From positions 195,141-259,140 of IMG/VR virus record IMGVR_UViG_3300034072_001021: DNA of 64,000 bases. One strand, given 5' to 3'. Each line of letters begins with the position of its first letter. Within the stretch, counting starts at the first letter, position 1. A model generated the notes under the pieces. The model saw nothing but the letters and a program-made list of their open reading frames with translations. It had not been told where the DNA came from and did no database searches. Made by a program: the position numbers and the translations under genes. Below, piece after piece: positions 26,959 to 34,970 of this stretch.

Positions 26959-28260
26959 TTAGGTAAAGGCCTTATGAAGATCGAGTTCGGCCGTTTTCAG
27001 TTCCTTAGCGTGCGCCGAGGCCATCATGATATCCATGAACTTCGATGCGACAGAGGTGTTTTCAGCAGCCAGACCAAACGGAAGTGCAGCCAATGCCTCG
27101 CCTGCGCACTTAGCACAGAAACCATCGCCCGGCGTCTTACAGAATGCAGGCGAACGAGTCAGCACTGACTTACCTTCGAGTGATTTGGCACGGGCTTCAT
27201 CGAGCAACACCACTCCTTTATCTGTGATTTCCCACAGACCGGCGTAGTATTCGCCTTGACCCGGTTCGATATTGCGAACAATACCCAACTTGCTGCCACA
27301 ATCGTCCTCTGCAATGCTGGTGTTCTGGAACACACGCATGAAGAACTTCACGGCTTCACCGCCGAGAGCGGTCAGAGCACCACGATAGAAGGAACCGGCA
27401 CGAGTGGAGTTGAACATTGGCACTACTTTGGAGGTATCCCAGCCTTCGTTCAGGCTATTGACCACCAGTTCAGCGCTACCGCCCTCGTTAAAGCCAGCTT
27501 CAGGACCGTGAATCAGGAACATACGCTTACGAGCAGTGCCGAAAGTCTTGTTGGAAATCAAGAAACCCTCGGAAGGGTCGTCTTTGATCCACTTACGATC
27601 CATGTCGATCAGCTCATTCTGAATTTTCGAGACGACTACCGGGTCATGGAGACGATCTTCGTTCTCTTTCAGGCGCTGAGCACGCACATCTTTAACTTTC
27701 GGGTCGGTAGTCAGTGCTTTAGGTGACAACGTCGGCACAAAAAGCTGCACGAAACCAGCCAGAGCACCCACACAACGACCAAATCGCATGTACATCTTGA
27801 CCGGAATCTGGTCTTCAGTCGGTTCGACACCTGAAATCTCCGGATCATCGACCAATTTCTTGGCAATGATGCGCTCGATAGCCGAAATACTACACGGACC
27901 GACTTGATAACTGATGCGTTTACCGAACGGTTCGACCAGAGCGATCCAGTTGAACAGCAAATCGCCGTATGTGGAGGTCACTTCAGCCTCACAATTGGGA
28001 ATTGTGTCCGGTGTTACGGTAATTTGATCAGCCGGATAGTAGAGAGGGGTCATCGGCTTGGAACCATCGACCACAACCCACTCGTTTCCGTGATCGAGAG
28101 GTACGTACATCTCAGTGCTGTTGACGTTGTAGCGCACGTCGTAGGGTTGAGGCACGTAATCCTTCGGATCTTTGACGACACTGAACGCCCGAATGACCCA
28201 TTCCTTCCGGGCGTAGGCTTTTGCTTGCAGTGCCTTTACATAAAGCTCTTCGCGATTCAT
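26959..28260 (-). CDS. virion RNA polymerase beta' middle subunit (phiKZ gp80-like)
   Basis: EDDCGS, RSPAFC...FCAKCAG Zn site, bridge-helix-like GSFYRG...GG. Confidence 0.88.
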   Translation of the reverse strand: MNREELYVKALQAKAYARKEWVIRAFSVVKDPKDYVPQPYDVRYNVNSTEMYVPLDHGNEWVVVDGSKPMTPLYYPADQITVTPDTIPNCEAEVTSTYGDLLFNWIALVEPFGKRISYQVGPCSISAIERIIAKKLVDDPEISGVEPTEDQIPVKMYMRFGRCVGALAGFVQLFVPTLSPKALTTDPKVKDVRAQRLKENEDRLHDPVVVSKIQNELIDMDRKWIKDDPSEGFLISNKTFGTARKRMFLIHGPEAGFNEGGSAELVVNSLNEGWDTSKVVPMFNSTRAGSFYRGALTALGGEAVKFFMRVFQNTSIAEDDCGSKLGIVRNIEPGQGEYYAGLWEITDKGVVLLDEARAKSLEGKSVLTRSPAFCKTPGDGFCAKCAGEALAALPFGLAAENTSVASKFMDIMMASAHAKELKTAELDLHKAFT

Positions 28261-28263
28261 GGG

Positions 28264-29085
28264 TTACTCCGACAGCTGCTTCACACGACTCTTGACGTGC
28301 TTGAAGATTTGCTGGGTTGAGAAAATATCGTCATGCAGGTTCTCAACGTAGAACATGACTTCGTCTTGAAGCGCTTCGTTCGATACGTTGGTGTGCAGGG
28401 CGATCGAAATGAGGTCGTCTGCCACGACTTCCGGCTTCCCGGAGAGAAGACGTTCCTTGTTCTCATTGATGAGTGTCATCGGGTCTTCGTAGAGAACGCC
28501 GTTCTGAAGCGATTCCAGACCGATGGTCGTTGCAGTACCGACCAGATTCTGATGTTTATTCAGAACCTGTACGATTTCCTGCAGACCTTGTTTGGCAACT
28601 TCAGTGTTCTCGATATTTCGCTGGACAGTTTCATTGATAACAATGATGACATCCATCGGTACATCCAGAACGTACTCCATGAGTTCTTCAGGAATCCGAT
28701 TGGTCAGTAGCGCGAGGATGTCGGTGAAAATCTCAATGCTGTCTTCACCAGCCTCGATGATGGCTTTGATTTCTTCATCAAAGTCACTGGGCTTGAAATG
28801 AAGTGCATCGAGGATCTCTGCCAGAATGTCCATGCGCAGACGTTCGAGATCCAGACCAATGTTCATCTGCTGAAGCAGTGCAGCAACTTGGGTGTAGATG
28901 ATCCCGATGGCACGATCTGACAGGGTCAGTTGGTCGTGGACGTTAGCCTCCATCTTGAGGTTAACGATTTGATCACGCCACAGAACAGCGTCGTGTTTCT
29001 GAAGTGCAGCAGCCAATGAAGAAACCCCGGCCATCACTTCGGGACTTACGCGGTTGACGAGAATGTCCGAGAGTTCTTGAAACAT
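28264..29085 (-). CDS. conserved hypothetical protein, 273 aa
   Basis: Co-oriented with the vRNAP subunit gene; RBS AAAGGT. Confidence 0.8.
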   Translation of the reverse strand: MFQELSDILVNRVSPEVMAGVSSLAAALQKHDAVLWRDQIVNLKMEANVHDQLTLSDRAIGIIYTQVAALLQQMNIGLDLERLRMDILAEILDALHFKPSDFDEEIKAIIEAGEDSIEIFTDILALLTNRIPEELMEYVLDVPMDVIIVINETVQRNIENTEVAKQGLQEIVQVLNKHQNLVGTATTIGLESLQNGVLYEDPMTLINENKERLLSGKPEVVADDLISIALHTNVSNEALQDEVMFYVENLHDDIFSTQQIFKHVKSRVKQLSE

Positions 29086-29100
29086 CGGTGTTTACCTTTC

Positions 29101-29134
29101 ATAAAAAAAGTTTACTCAACCTAGTATGAGTAAA
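29101..29134. promoter_or_regulatory. divergent intergenic A-tract plus inverted repeat containing TATG
   Basis: TTTACTCA-ACCTAGTA-TGAGTAAA; TATG is the reported phiKZ late-promoter core. Confidence 0.45.
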
Positions 29135-29182
29135 AGTACAAATAATTGGCCGCCCTTAATTTAATAACACAAGGTCTGTGAA

Positions 29183-29587
29183 ATGAGTGAAGTGCCCAAG
29201 ACACCATACCAAAGTTTGGAACAGCTTAAAAACAGAGCGTTCAATAGCCTGTATCGTTATGCCCAGTCGACCCGTGACATCGCGGTTCACAACTGGTTAT
29301 CTGTCGAGCGTAAAGAACGTGCTCTCGTTCTAGCGGGCTTCATCAAGAAAGACCTTGGAGAATTCCGCATCCGTCACAGCAACCTCGGCGTTGACTTCGA
29401 CAAGCTGCCGGGCAAAGTCCGTCAGCACCCCCATCACCCCGAGATGCTGAAGATCGGTGGTCGATACATTACCTTAATCGATGAACTGGAAGCTACCGTC
29501 GGCGCACGTGTGCGTGAGATGGTCGAGCTGGTCACCTATGACATCGACGAAATGAACGAAACCGTCAAGAAACAGGCCCAATCATGA
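29183..29587 (+). CDS. hypothetical protein, 134 aa
   Basis: ATGA-coupled to the next gene. Confidence 0.75.
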   Translation: MSEVPKTPYQSLEQLKNRAFNSLYRYAQSTRDIAVHNWLSVERKERALVLAGFIKKDLGEFRIRHSNLGVDFDKLPGKVRQHPHHPEMLKIGGRYITLIDELEATVGARVREMVELVTYDIDEMNETVKKQAQS

Positions 29588-31191
29588 GTGACGAACAAAA
29601 CAACGAAGGCATGGAATCCATCGACGGCGATCCGATGGCAGAAAATGCAATCCCGAATGATGATGCGGCTCCTGCAGCTCTCTTCGAGGAAGCTACTGTC
29701 GCTGCAGCAGCGAACATCGAGAACGAAAACCATGTTGAAGGCAGCGAGATTGCTAGCCCGATCGACATGGAGCAGATCTGGGCGGATCTGGACAAGCCGA
29801 ATAGCCACGTCACGATGGATTCGACTCCGACCGTCCGTCGTAAGACCGATCCCAACAAGCCGTATCTGGCTGGTCTGAAGGTTGGTATCGAAGAGATGGA
29901 AGCAATCCTCCAATCTCGTGGCCTGACCAACCTGTCCGATGAAAAGATCGCCAACCTCAGTCAGGAAGATCAGCGCCTGATCAACCTGGCCCGTGCACTG
30001 TCGCCTATTTGGCAGAACGTGTACTTCGACGATCTGGACAAGACGGGTGACTGGCATCAGACCCTGCTGCACAACGAGACCAAGCTCTCGGCAGGTCGTG
30101 TACGCCCCGAGAACATGAAAGATCCGGTGCTGGCTATCCGGGCTACGTTCGGTCAGGGCTCGGTCGTTCAGGTTCCGCTGTGGAACACTGGCCTGTGGGT
30201 TTCTTTCCGTGCGCCAACTCTGCAAGAGCTGGCTGACTTCGATCAGCGTACGCGCATGGAGAAGATGAACCTCGGTCGTTCGAGTAATGGCATGTCCTTC
30301 TCGAACATCGAAGTGTACACTGTCGAGACCTATGCACGTTTCGCCCTGGAACATGTCGTCTCGGTCAACTATCAGTTCGAAACCGGCAACCATGTCGAAG
30401 AGCTGATGACTGTCATCAAGAACCGCGATTACCAGCAGGTAATCTGGGGTATGGTGATGGCGATGTATCCGGATGGTTATCCGTTCCGTCAGCCGTGTGT
30501 GGCCAACACCGACACCTGCAACCATGTGGATGAACTGGTCATCAACTTTGCTCGTATGGGCTTCGTTGATCGCAGCAAGTTCACCGAGAAGCAGGCGCTC
30601 ATGATGGCTTCCCGTAAGACCATCCGTGATCGCAAGTGGCTGGAAGAGTATCAGCGTGAGTTCACGTTCTTCGAGAAACGTATCGTCATCAACGATACCC
30701 TCACTGCTGTACTGCGCGTCCCGACACTGCACGACCAGATCACTGCCGGTCATCTGTGGGTGGAAGGTATCGCCAAGGCAACCAACGAAGCCTTCGGTGC
30801 TCGCCTGTCCGAACTGGAACGCTATCGCCACATCATGCGTTCGGGTGAATTGACCAACCTGCGTCAGCACAGCCACTGGATCGCCAACTTCGAACACGCC
30901 GTTGACCAAGACAGCGCACCGCGCATCATCGACGATTACGAGAACAAAGATCGTATTCTCGAAATGCTCAGTGAAATGCCTGACGTCAGCACCAAGCTGT
31001 CCGAAGACATCCTTAAGTGGATCGGTGAATCGACTGTCTCGTACGTGGCCATGCCGAAGTACAAGTGTCCGTCGTGCCAGAAGGAAGCTGAAGATCAGAG
31101 TCACCCGCACCTGATCCCGATTGACGTGAGCTACGTTTTTTTCACCCTAGCCGTGTTGAAAATCAGCCAAGTAGAAGGCGCGGCGGTGTAA
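29584..31191 (+). CDS. conserved protein with acidic N-terminus and C-terminal CPSC motif (possible tail/baseplate assembly factor)
   Basis: 535 aa; function inferred only. Confidence 0.8.
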   Translation: MSDEQNNEGMESIDGDPMAENAIPNDDAAPAALFEEATVAAAANIENENHVEGSEIASPIDMEQIWADLDKPNSHVTMDSTPTVRRKTDPNKPYLAGLKVGIEEMEAILQSRGLTNLSDEKIANLSQEDQRLINLARALSPIWQNVYFDDLDKTGDWHQTLLHNETKLSAGRVRPENMKDPVLAIRATFGQGSVVQVPLWNTGLWVSFRAPTLQELADFDQRTRMEKMNLGRSSNGMSFSNIEVYTVETYARFALEHVVSVNYQFETGNHVEELMTVIKNRDYQQVIWGMVMAMYPDGYPFRQPCVANTDTCNHVDELVINFARMGFVDRSKFTEKQALMMASRKTIRDRKWLEEYQREFTFFEKRIVINDTLTAVLRVPTLHDQITAGHLWVEGIAKATNEAFGARLSELERYRHIMRSGELTNLRQHSHWIANFEHAVDQDSAPRIIDDYENKDRILEMLSEMPDVSTKLSEDILKWIGESTVSYVAMPKYKCPSCQKEAEDQSHPHLIPIDVSYVFFTLAVLKISQVEGAAV

Positions 31192-31199
31192 GCATTCAG

Positions 31200-31622
31200 A
31201 TGAACCTCCATGTGGGCGATCGGAGGTTCGGTTACACGCAGCTACAGAACTACGAGGAACCCTCTGTTCTGGACAAGGTGCTGTCTTCGTCCGAAAAGAC
31301 GCTGGACAGCATTGCTGCACAAATTGTGACTACTGAATGCTACGACGATTATTTTGGAATCTACGGGAACAGTTCCCAAGGCGACAGCCCTCTATCTTTG
31401 ATAGGGATGCATGAACCTGAAGACCTGGCTCTCGTAGACCCGTACGACGTGTACCTTGAGCGGTACTTGGCTGCCAACGTACTTAAGTTTACGGGGATGA
31501 CGTTTCAAGAGTTCATGACTCTTACCAAAGATCGTGGTGAAGCTATCCTTCGGCGTTGCGATGCCATGGCATCGAAAGAAGACTCAGAAGTAGCCCATCT
31601 GGTTGCTGGAATGAAGCCATAA
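31200..31622 (+). CDS. conserved hypothetical protein, 140 aa
   Basis: Co-transcribed with the previous gene and followed by a terminator. Confidence 0.75.
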   Translation: MNLHVGDRRFGYTQLQNYEEPSVLDKVLSSSEKTLDSIAAQIVTTECYDDYFGIYGNSSQGDSPLSLIGMHEPEDLALVDPYDVYLERYLAANVLKFTGMTFQEFMTLTKDRGEAILRRCDAMASKEDSEVAHLVAGMKP

Positions 31623-31654
31623 AGGCAGGGGGTAAATCCCCCTGCTTTCTATTT
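31622..31654 (+). terminator. intrinsic terminator
   Basis: GCAGGGGG-TAAAT-CCCCCTGC plus TTTCTATTT. Confidence 0.7.
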
Positions 31655-31665
31655 CGAATTAAAGG

Positions 31666-31691
31666 AAGTTATACATTATAAAGATATAACC
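31666..31691 (+). promoter_or_regulatory. putative early promoter (ATACAT core at 31671)
   Basis: GTTATA-CATTATAAAGA-TATAAC inverted repeat around the core. Confidence 0.65.
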
Positions 31692-31750
31692 AACACCAAA
31701 CTCTATCTGGCTCGGGCCATCCTCGTTGGACAATCTCTACGGAGACTATA

Positions 31751-32197
31751 ATGTCATTGGACATCATCGAAGCCGATCTCTTCGATATCCAGGCAGATAC
31801 CAAAGTCATCACGATTAACCTCGTTGGTGCCATGGGTGCAGGTGTCGCAAAGACTGCCAGAGATACAATCCCTGGACTGTATAAGCATTACAAGAAGATG
31901 TATCCGACTATCACACCGGATCAATTCATCCAGTATACCTACGGTGGAGTGAAATACCTCCTCGTCCCCACGAAGATTGATTGGAAAGCTCCATCGCCTC
32001 GTGACCTCGTATTGTCCAACCTTCACCGGTTGGCGTATCTGACCCGACGCTATAACGGGTTTGGTACAGTAGCCTTGCCACCAATGGGGTGTGGTAATGG
32101 TGGGCTGGATTGGGAGAATGATATCGTGAATTTCTATCACGCGTTGTTCGACCACCATCCTAGTAAATTTATAGCAGTAATAAAACCAAACCAGTAA
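31751..32197 (+). CDS. macrodomain ADP-ribosylglycohydrolase (DarG/Poa1-like)
   Basis: ADLF, NLVGAMGAGVA, ALPPMGCGNGGLDW. Confidence 0.88.
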   Translation: MSLDIIEADLFDIQADTKVITINLVGAMGAGVAKTARDTIPGLYKHYKKMYPTITPDQFIQYTYGGVKYLLVPTKIDWKAPSPRDLVLSNLHRLAYLTRRYNGFGTVALPPMGCGNGGLDWENDIVNFYHALFDHHPSKFIAVIKPNQ

Positions 32198-32206
32198 GGG
32201 GAAACA

Positions 32207-32647
32207 ATGGAAACTGTACGTCTTACCAACATCGGCAAACACCATCTTCCGAATATCCCACATGACGCGCCGTTGATCAGTATCAACGACCGTTACTCTC
32301 CGGCTCCGGAGATCCCGAACCGTGACAAACGGCCTGTGCTGTTTGTCACGTTCTTTCCGGGTGACCACCTGACCAGTACCGAGCGCCATGAGGGCATGAC
32401 GCCAGACCTGGCCAAGAAGATCGTCAAGTTCGTGGAAGAGCACCGCGACAAGAAGCACATCTTCGTTCAGTGCGGTGAAGGTCGTATCCGTTCCTGGACG
32501 ATCTGCAGTGTACTGGAACGCATGCTCGACTTCACTGTTCATGATACCGAGCGTGCGACCATCAAGCAAGGCATGGTGGACAAATACACCCACCACATCC
32601 TGATGTCCACGATCGTGGATATGGAGCAGGCTGGTGAACTGCTGTAA
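32207..32647 (+). CDS. protein-tyrosine/dual-specificity phosphatase-like protein
   Basis: CX5R loop HIFVQCGEGRIRS; LISI N-terminal strand. Confidence 0.8.
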   Translation: METVRLTNIGKHHLPNIPHDAPLISINDRYSPAPEIPNRDKRPVLFVTFFPGDHLTSTERHEGMTPDLAKKIVKFVEEHRDKKHIFVQCGEGRIRSWTICSVLERMLDFTVHDTERATIKQGMVDKYTHHILMSTIVDMEQAGELL

Positions 32648-32655
32648 AAAATAAC
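32644..32655 (+). promoter_or_regulatory. GTAAAAAATAAC motif just upstream of structured RNA A
   Basis: Identical to 1981-1992. Confidence 0.4.
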
Positions 32656-32672
32656 GGCAGTAAGCTATATTT

Positions 32673-33098
32673 TGTAGAAGTGTCTGTCGCTCGAGTTGCC
32701 CCCGATAAGAGCGACAGACATGACTACACATCGTCCTTGCTGAATGAAGCCCGCGATGAAAAACAAGAGGCAGAAACAACGAGTGGGGTTAGTCGCCACT
32801 CTTGTCCAAAATGGTGAACTTACGGGGTAGCCTGAAAACTGTACCGGCTTAGTCAGCTGGTGAACCGTACGATCCTCTTCTGGATCTGGAGCGTAGCCCT
32901 CTCCATTCGGAGACGGTTAACTCCAGGGACTAATCCAGTTTTGGGTAAGTTGTTTGCGTATCTTTCTGCATAGCCTGACGAGGGCATAGCAGGACAGGAC
33001 GCACGCAGCCGTTGAGTCCTATAGATCCACCGGTGAGGCCGCCCGAAAGGGCCGCCGGGCTGCCGGGTACGGATTTGCTGGCCAGCCTATAGGACTCA
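32673..33098 (+). ncRNA. candidate large structured RNA A (about 425 nt)
   Basis: 12-bp stems 32681-32692/32709-32720 and 33013-33024/33087-33098, nested hairpins, a GAAA tetraloop, no credible ORF; strand inferred from flanking genes. Confidence 0.65.
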
Positions 33099-33131
33099 TA
33101 GTACTAATTCAACCACCATGAGGACGACCTC

Positions 33132-33302
33132 GTGATCCCAAGTGTGAATCTCTCCTCTCTGCGTCAGCTCAATCGTGATCGCGATTCGACGGACAACCGT
33201 CAGAAGACGCTTGATCGCGTTGCAGAGTACCGTGCTGCAGATGAGAAAGTCAAGCAGGTCTGTCAAGAGAAAGACCTCGAGATTCCTGAGATGCATTGTT
33301 AG
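33132..33302 (+). CDS. small hypothetical protein, 56 aa (not in ORF track)
   Basis: GTG start after GAGG; reads VIPSVNLSSLRQLNRDRD...EIPEMHC; stop overlaps the next RBS. Confidence 0.55.
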   Translation: MIPSVNLSSLRQLNRDRDSTDNRQKTLDRVAEYRAADEKVKQVCQEKDLEIPEMHC

Positions 33303-33311
33303 GAGTTTCTC

Positions 33312-33764
33312 ATGGAAATGTTCCTCGGTGTAAAGATCGTCGCAGCCAAACCCATGACCCGTCTGGAATACAACCAGTACCGTGGATGGGAACTGCCTAA
33401 GGACGAGCGTGGTGATGATGAAGGTTATCTCGTCGAGTACTTCGAGAGCGAACCCAACCATCCAGACCACAAAGGTTACATCAGCTGGTCTCCCAAAGAG
33501 CAGTTCGATAAAGCACATTACTCCATGGGCTTTGTGGGCGACCTACCTCCGTTCATTCAACGAATTCATGGTGAAGCTGCACAGCTCGTGCAAAACTGCA
33601 CCAAGATCACTGACTTCATTACCAAGTGCAATGAAGGACAGATCGAGAACATCAACCCACAGTACCTCGACCTCATGATTCGCCAACGTGCGGTCATGGA
33701 GACCCATCTGGGAATCCTGCGTGATCGTCTCGAAATGCTCGCTAAAGGGAAATCCACCCTATAG
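33312..33764 (+). CDS. two-domain candidate anti-defence nucleotide-sponge protein
   Basis: N-domain GVKIVAAKPMT..Y..YRGW..EGYLVEY..YISWSPKEQFDKA; C-terminal helical hairpin LMIRQRAVMETHLGILRDRL. Confidence 0.8.
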   Translation: MEMFLGVKIVAAKPMTRLEYNQYRGWELPKDERGDDEGYLVEYFESEPNHPDHKGYISWSPKEQFDKAHYSMGFVGDLPPFIQRIHGEAAQLVQNCTKITDFITKCNEGQIENINPQYLDLMIRQRAVMETHLGILRDRLEMLAKGKSTL

Positions 33765-33777
33765 TGTGCATATTACC

Positions 33778-34390
33778 GAAATACGAGTAATGGCAGAACA
33801 GACGGCAGCTATCACGGCGGCTTAAGGTGTTCTGTAAAGGGGTGGTTCCCGTTCCGTTACTGGTTTATCTTGAGATATACTCTGCCAATGGCTGACTGAC
33901 CGAGTGCACACTCCCTCAGGCTTCTGTAGCAAGAGAAGAACACAGCCAAGGGGCGGCGTTCTCAAGATTACAGGTGTTGGCTTCACCCAGCATCAAGTCC
34001 CAACGATTTATGGTAGCTTAAGTTCGAAGCGCCGATCGCCATTGTGCAGATAAGGCAGCGCGGATCGGATTGGGAGATTCCCGGTCGGCTACCACCCGTT
34101 AGGACATCCGTGTCCTTGATTCCATGTCAGTCGGCAACAGCTCTTCGTGGCAGTTCGCATTCAACGACTCGGCAGCCTACGTGGCGGCCAACTGGATAGA
34201 GGCACGGGTGTCCGTCTAAATCGGCAGACCTCGTGAGCTGTTGATCCAACCGACAACGATCAGAAACCTCCCTTCGTCGGGCGGCCAGATAGGTCATTAG
34301 TTGGTTGAAGACTCAGGGTGCCATCAGAACTGCACCCATGTACGCAAGTACATACCGAGGGGTTAAAGTCCCAAGCTCTGGCTCGTTTTC
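33778..34390 (+). ncRNA. candidate large structured RNA B (about 610 nt)
   Basis: Closing helix 33778-33787/34382-34390; helices 33867-33875/33960-33968 and 33891-33900/34126-34135; ends 3 nt before tRNA-Asn; no ORF of 60 aa or more in any frame. Confidence 0.7.
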
Positions 34391-34393
34391 AAT

Positions 34394-34468
34394 TCACGCT
34401 TAGCAAAGTGGTAATGCAGCAGACTGTTAATCTGCCTACCCCTGGTTCGAATCCAGGAGCGTGAGCCA
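34394..34468 (+). tRNA. tRNA-Asn (GTT)
   Basis: Acceptor TCACGCT/AGCGTGA, anticodon arm GCAGA-CTGTTAA-TCTGC, TTCGAAT loop, encoded CCA. Confidence 0.95.
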
Positions 34469-34469
34469 T

Positions 34470-34650
34470 ATCCGTAAACTACTGTTTCGACAGGAGGGGT
34501 GAAAATCCCAACACGGTGTCCCAGAAGTACCGGCGTAAGCTGGGTTCTCCGGGCCTTAACCTAGCTGGTTGACTGGTCGGTGCTTTGCATCTAAGTCCGC
34601 TTCAGGACATCAACTATAAATAGGGCTGGAGACAGCCCCATTTATTCTCT
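34470..34650 (+). ncRNA. candidate structured RNA C ending in a GNRA terminator-like hairpin
   Basis: GGGG-TGAAAAT-CCC T-loop-like element, GGC-GTAA-GCT, GGGCTG-GAGA-CAGCCC then T-rich. Confidence 0.4.
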
Positions 34651-34670
34651 TTCGTCAGAAAGGGAAGAAT

Positions 34671-34796
34671 TCAAGTGATTGGAAACCGTGCACCGTGTGA
34701 TTCGGGCTTAGCCTTAAGACACCATTAACGTCTGAGGGGTGATCCTTTACAACCGCATCTGCAGTTGTGGTGGTTTGACTCCACCCGCTTGTCTCA
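34671..34796 (+). ncRNA. tRNA-like element with expanded core
   Basis: T-arm GGTGG-TTTGACT-CCACC (34769-34785); CAAGTG/CGCTTG acceptor-like pairing. Confidence 0.35.
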
Positions 34797-34800
34797 AACC

Positions 34801-34887
34801 GGGGAGCCCCCAGAGGGTGCTAATCTAGCCCGCTACATCCGTACTCTCCCGTCGGGTACACCAGGGTGTCTGGCCTGCTCCCCACCT
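34801..34887 (+). pseudogene. degenerate tRNA-like element
   Basis: Perfect 7-bp GGGGAGC/GCTCCCC followed by ACCT; internal CCCG/CGGG and CCAG/CTGG stems; no TTC loop. Confidence 0.45.
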
Positions 34888-34892
34888 ATTTC

Positions 34893-34966
34893 GCCTCTAT
34901 AGCTGGAAGGTCAAGCAGCTCACTTGTAATGAGCCGATCTCAGTTCGATTCTGAGTGGAGGCACCA
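34893..34966 (+). tRNA. tRNA-Thr (TGT)
   Basis: Acceptor GCCTCTA/TGGAGGC, anticodon arm GCTCA-CTTGTAA-TGAGC, TTCGATT loop, encoded CCA. Confidence 0.95.
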
Positions 34967-34970
34967 TATT

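Noticed and set aside
32830-32860. RNase P RNA (CCGGCTTA resembles the CR-V end)
   Set aside because: The GAGGAAAGTCC CR-I/P4 partner is absent
32964-33010. Hammerhead ribozyme core CTGACGA
   Set aside because: No stem II followed by GAAA at the required spacing
32673-33098. Group I intron (P-like TTGCTG, Q-like TAGCAGG, R-like CCAGGGACTA)
   Set aside because: Element order is wrong (the R-like segment precedes Q), no S element follows, and no interrupted gene flanks it
33778-34390. Group II intron
   Set aside because: No domain V with a paired AGC triad, and no RT/maturase gene nearby
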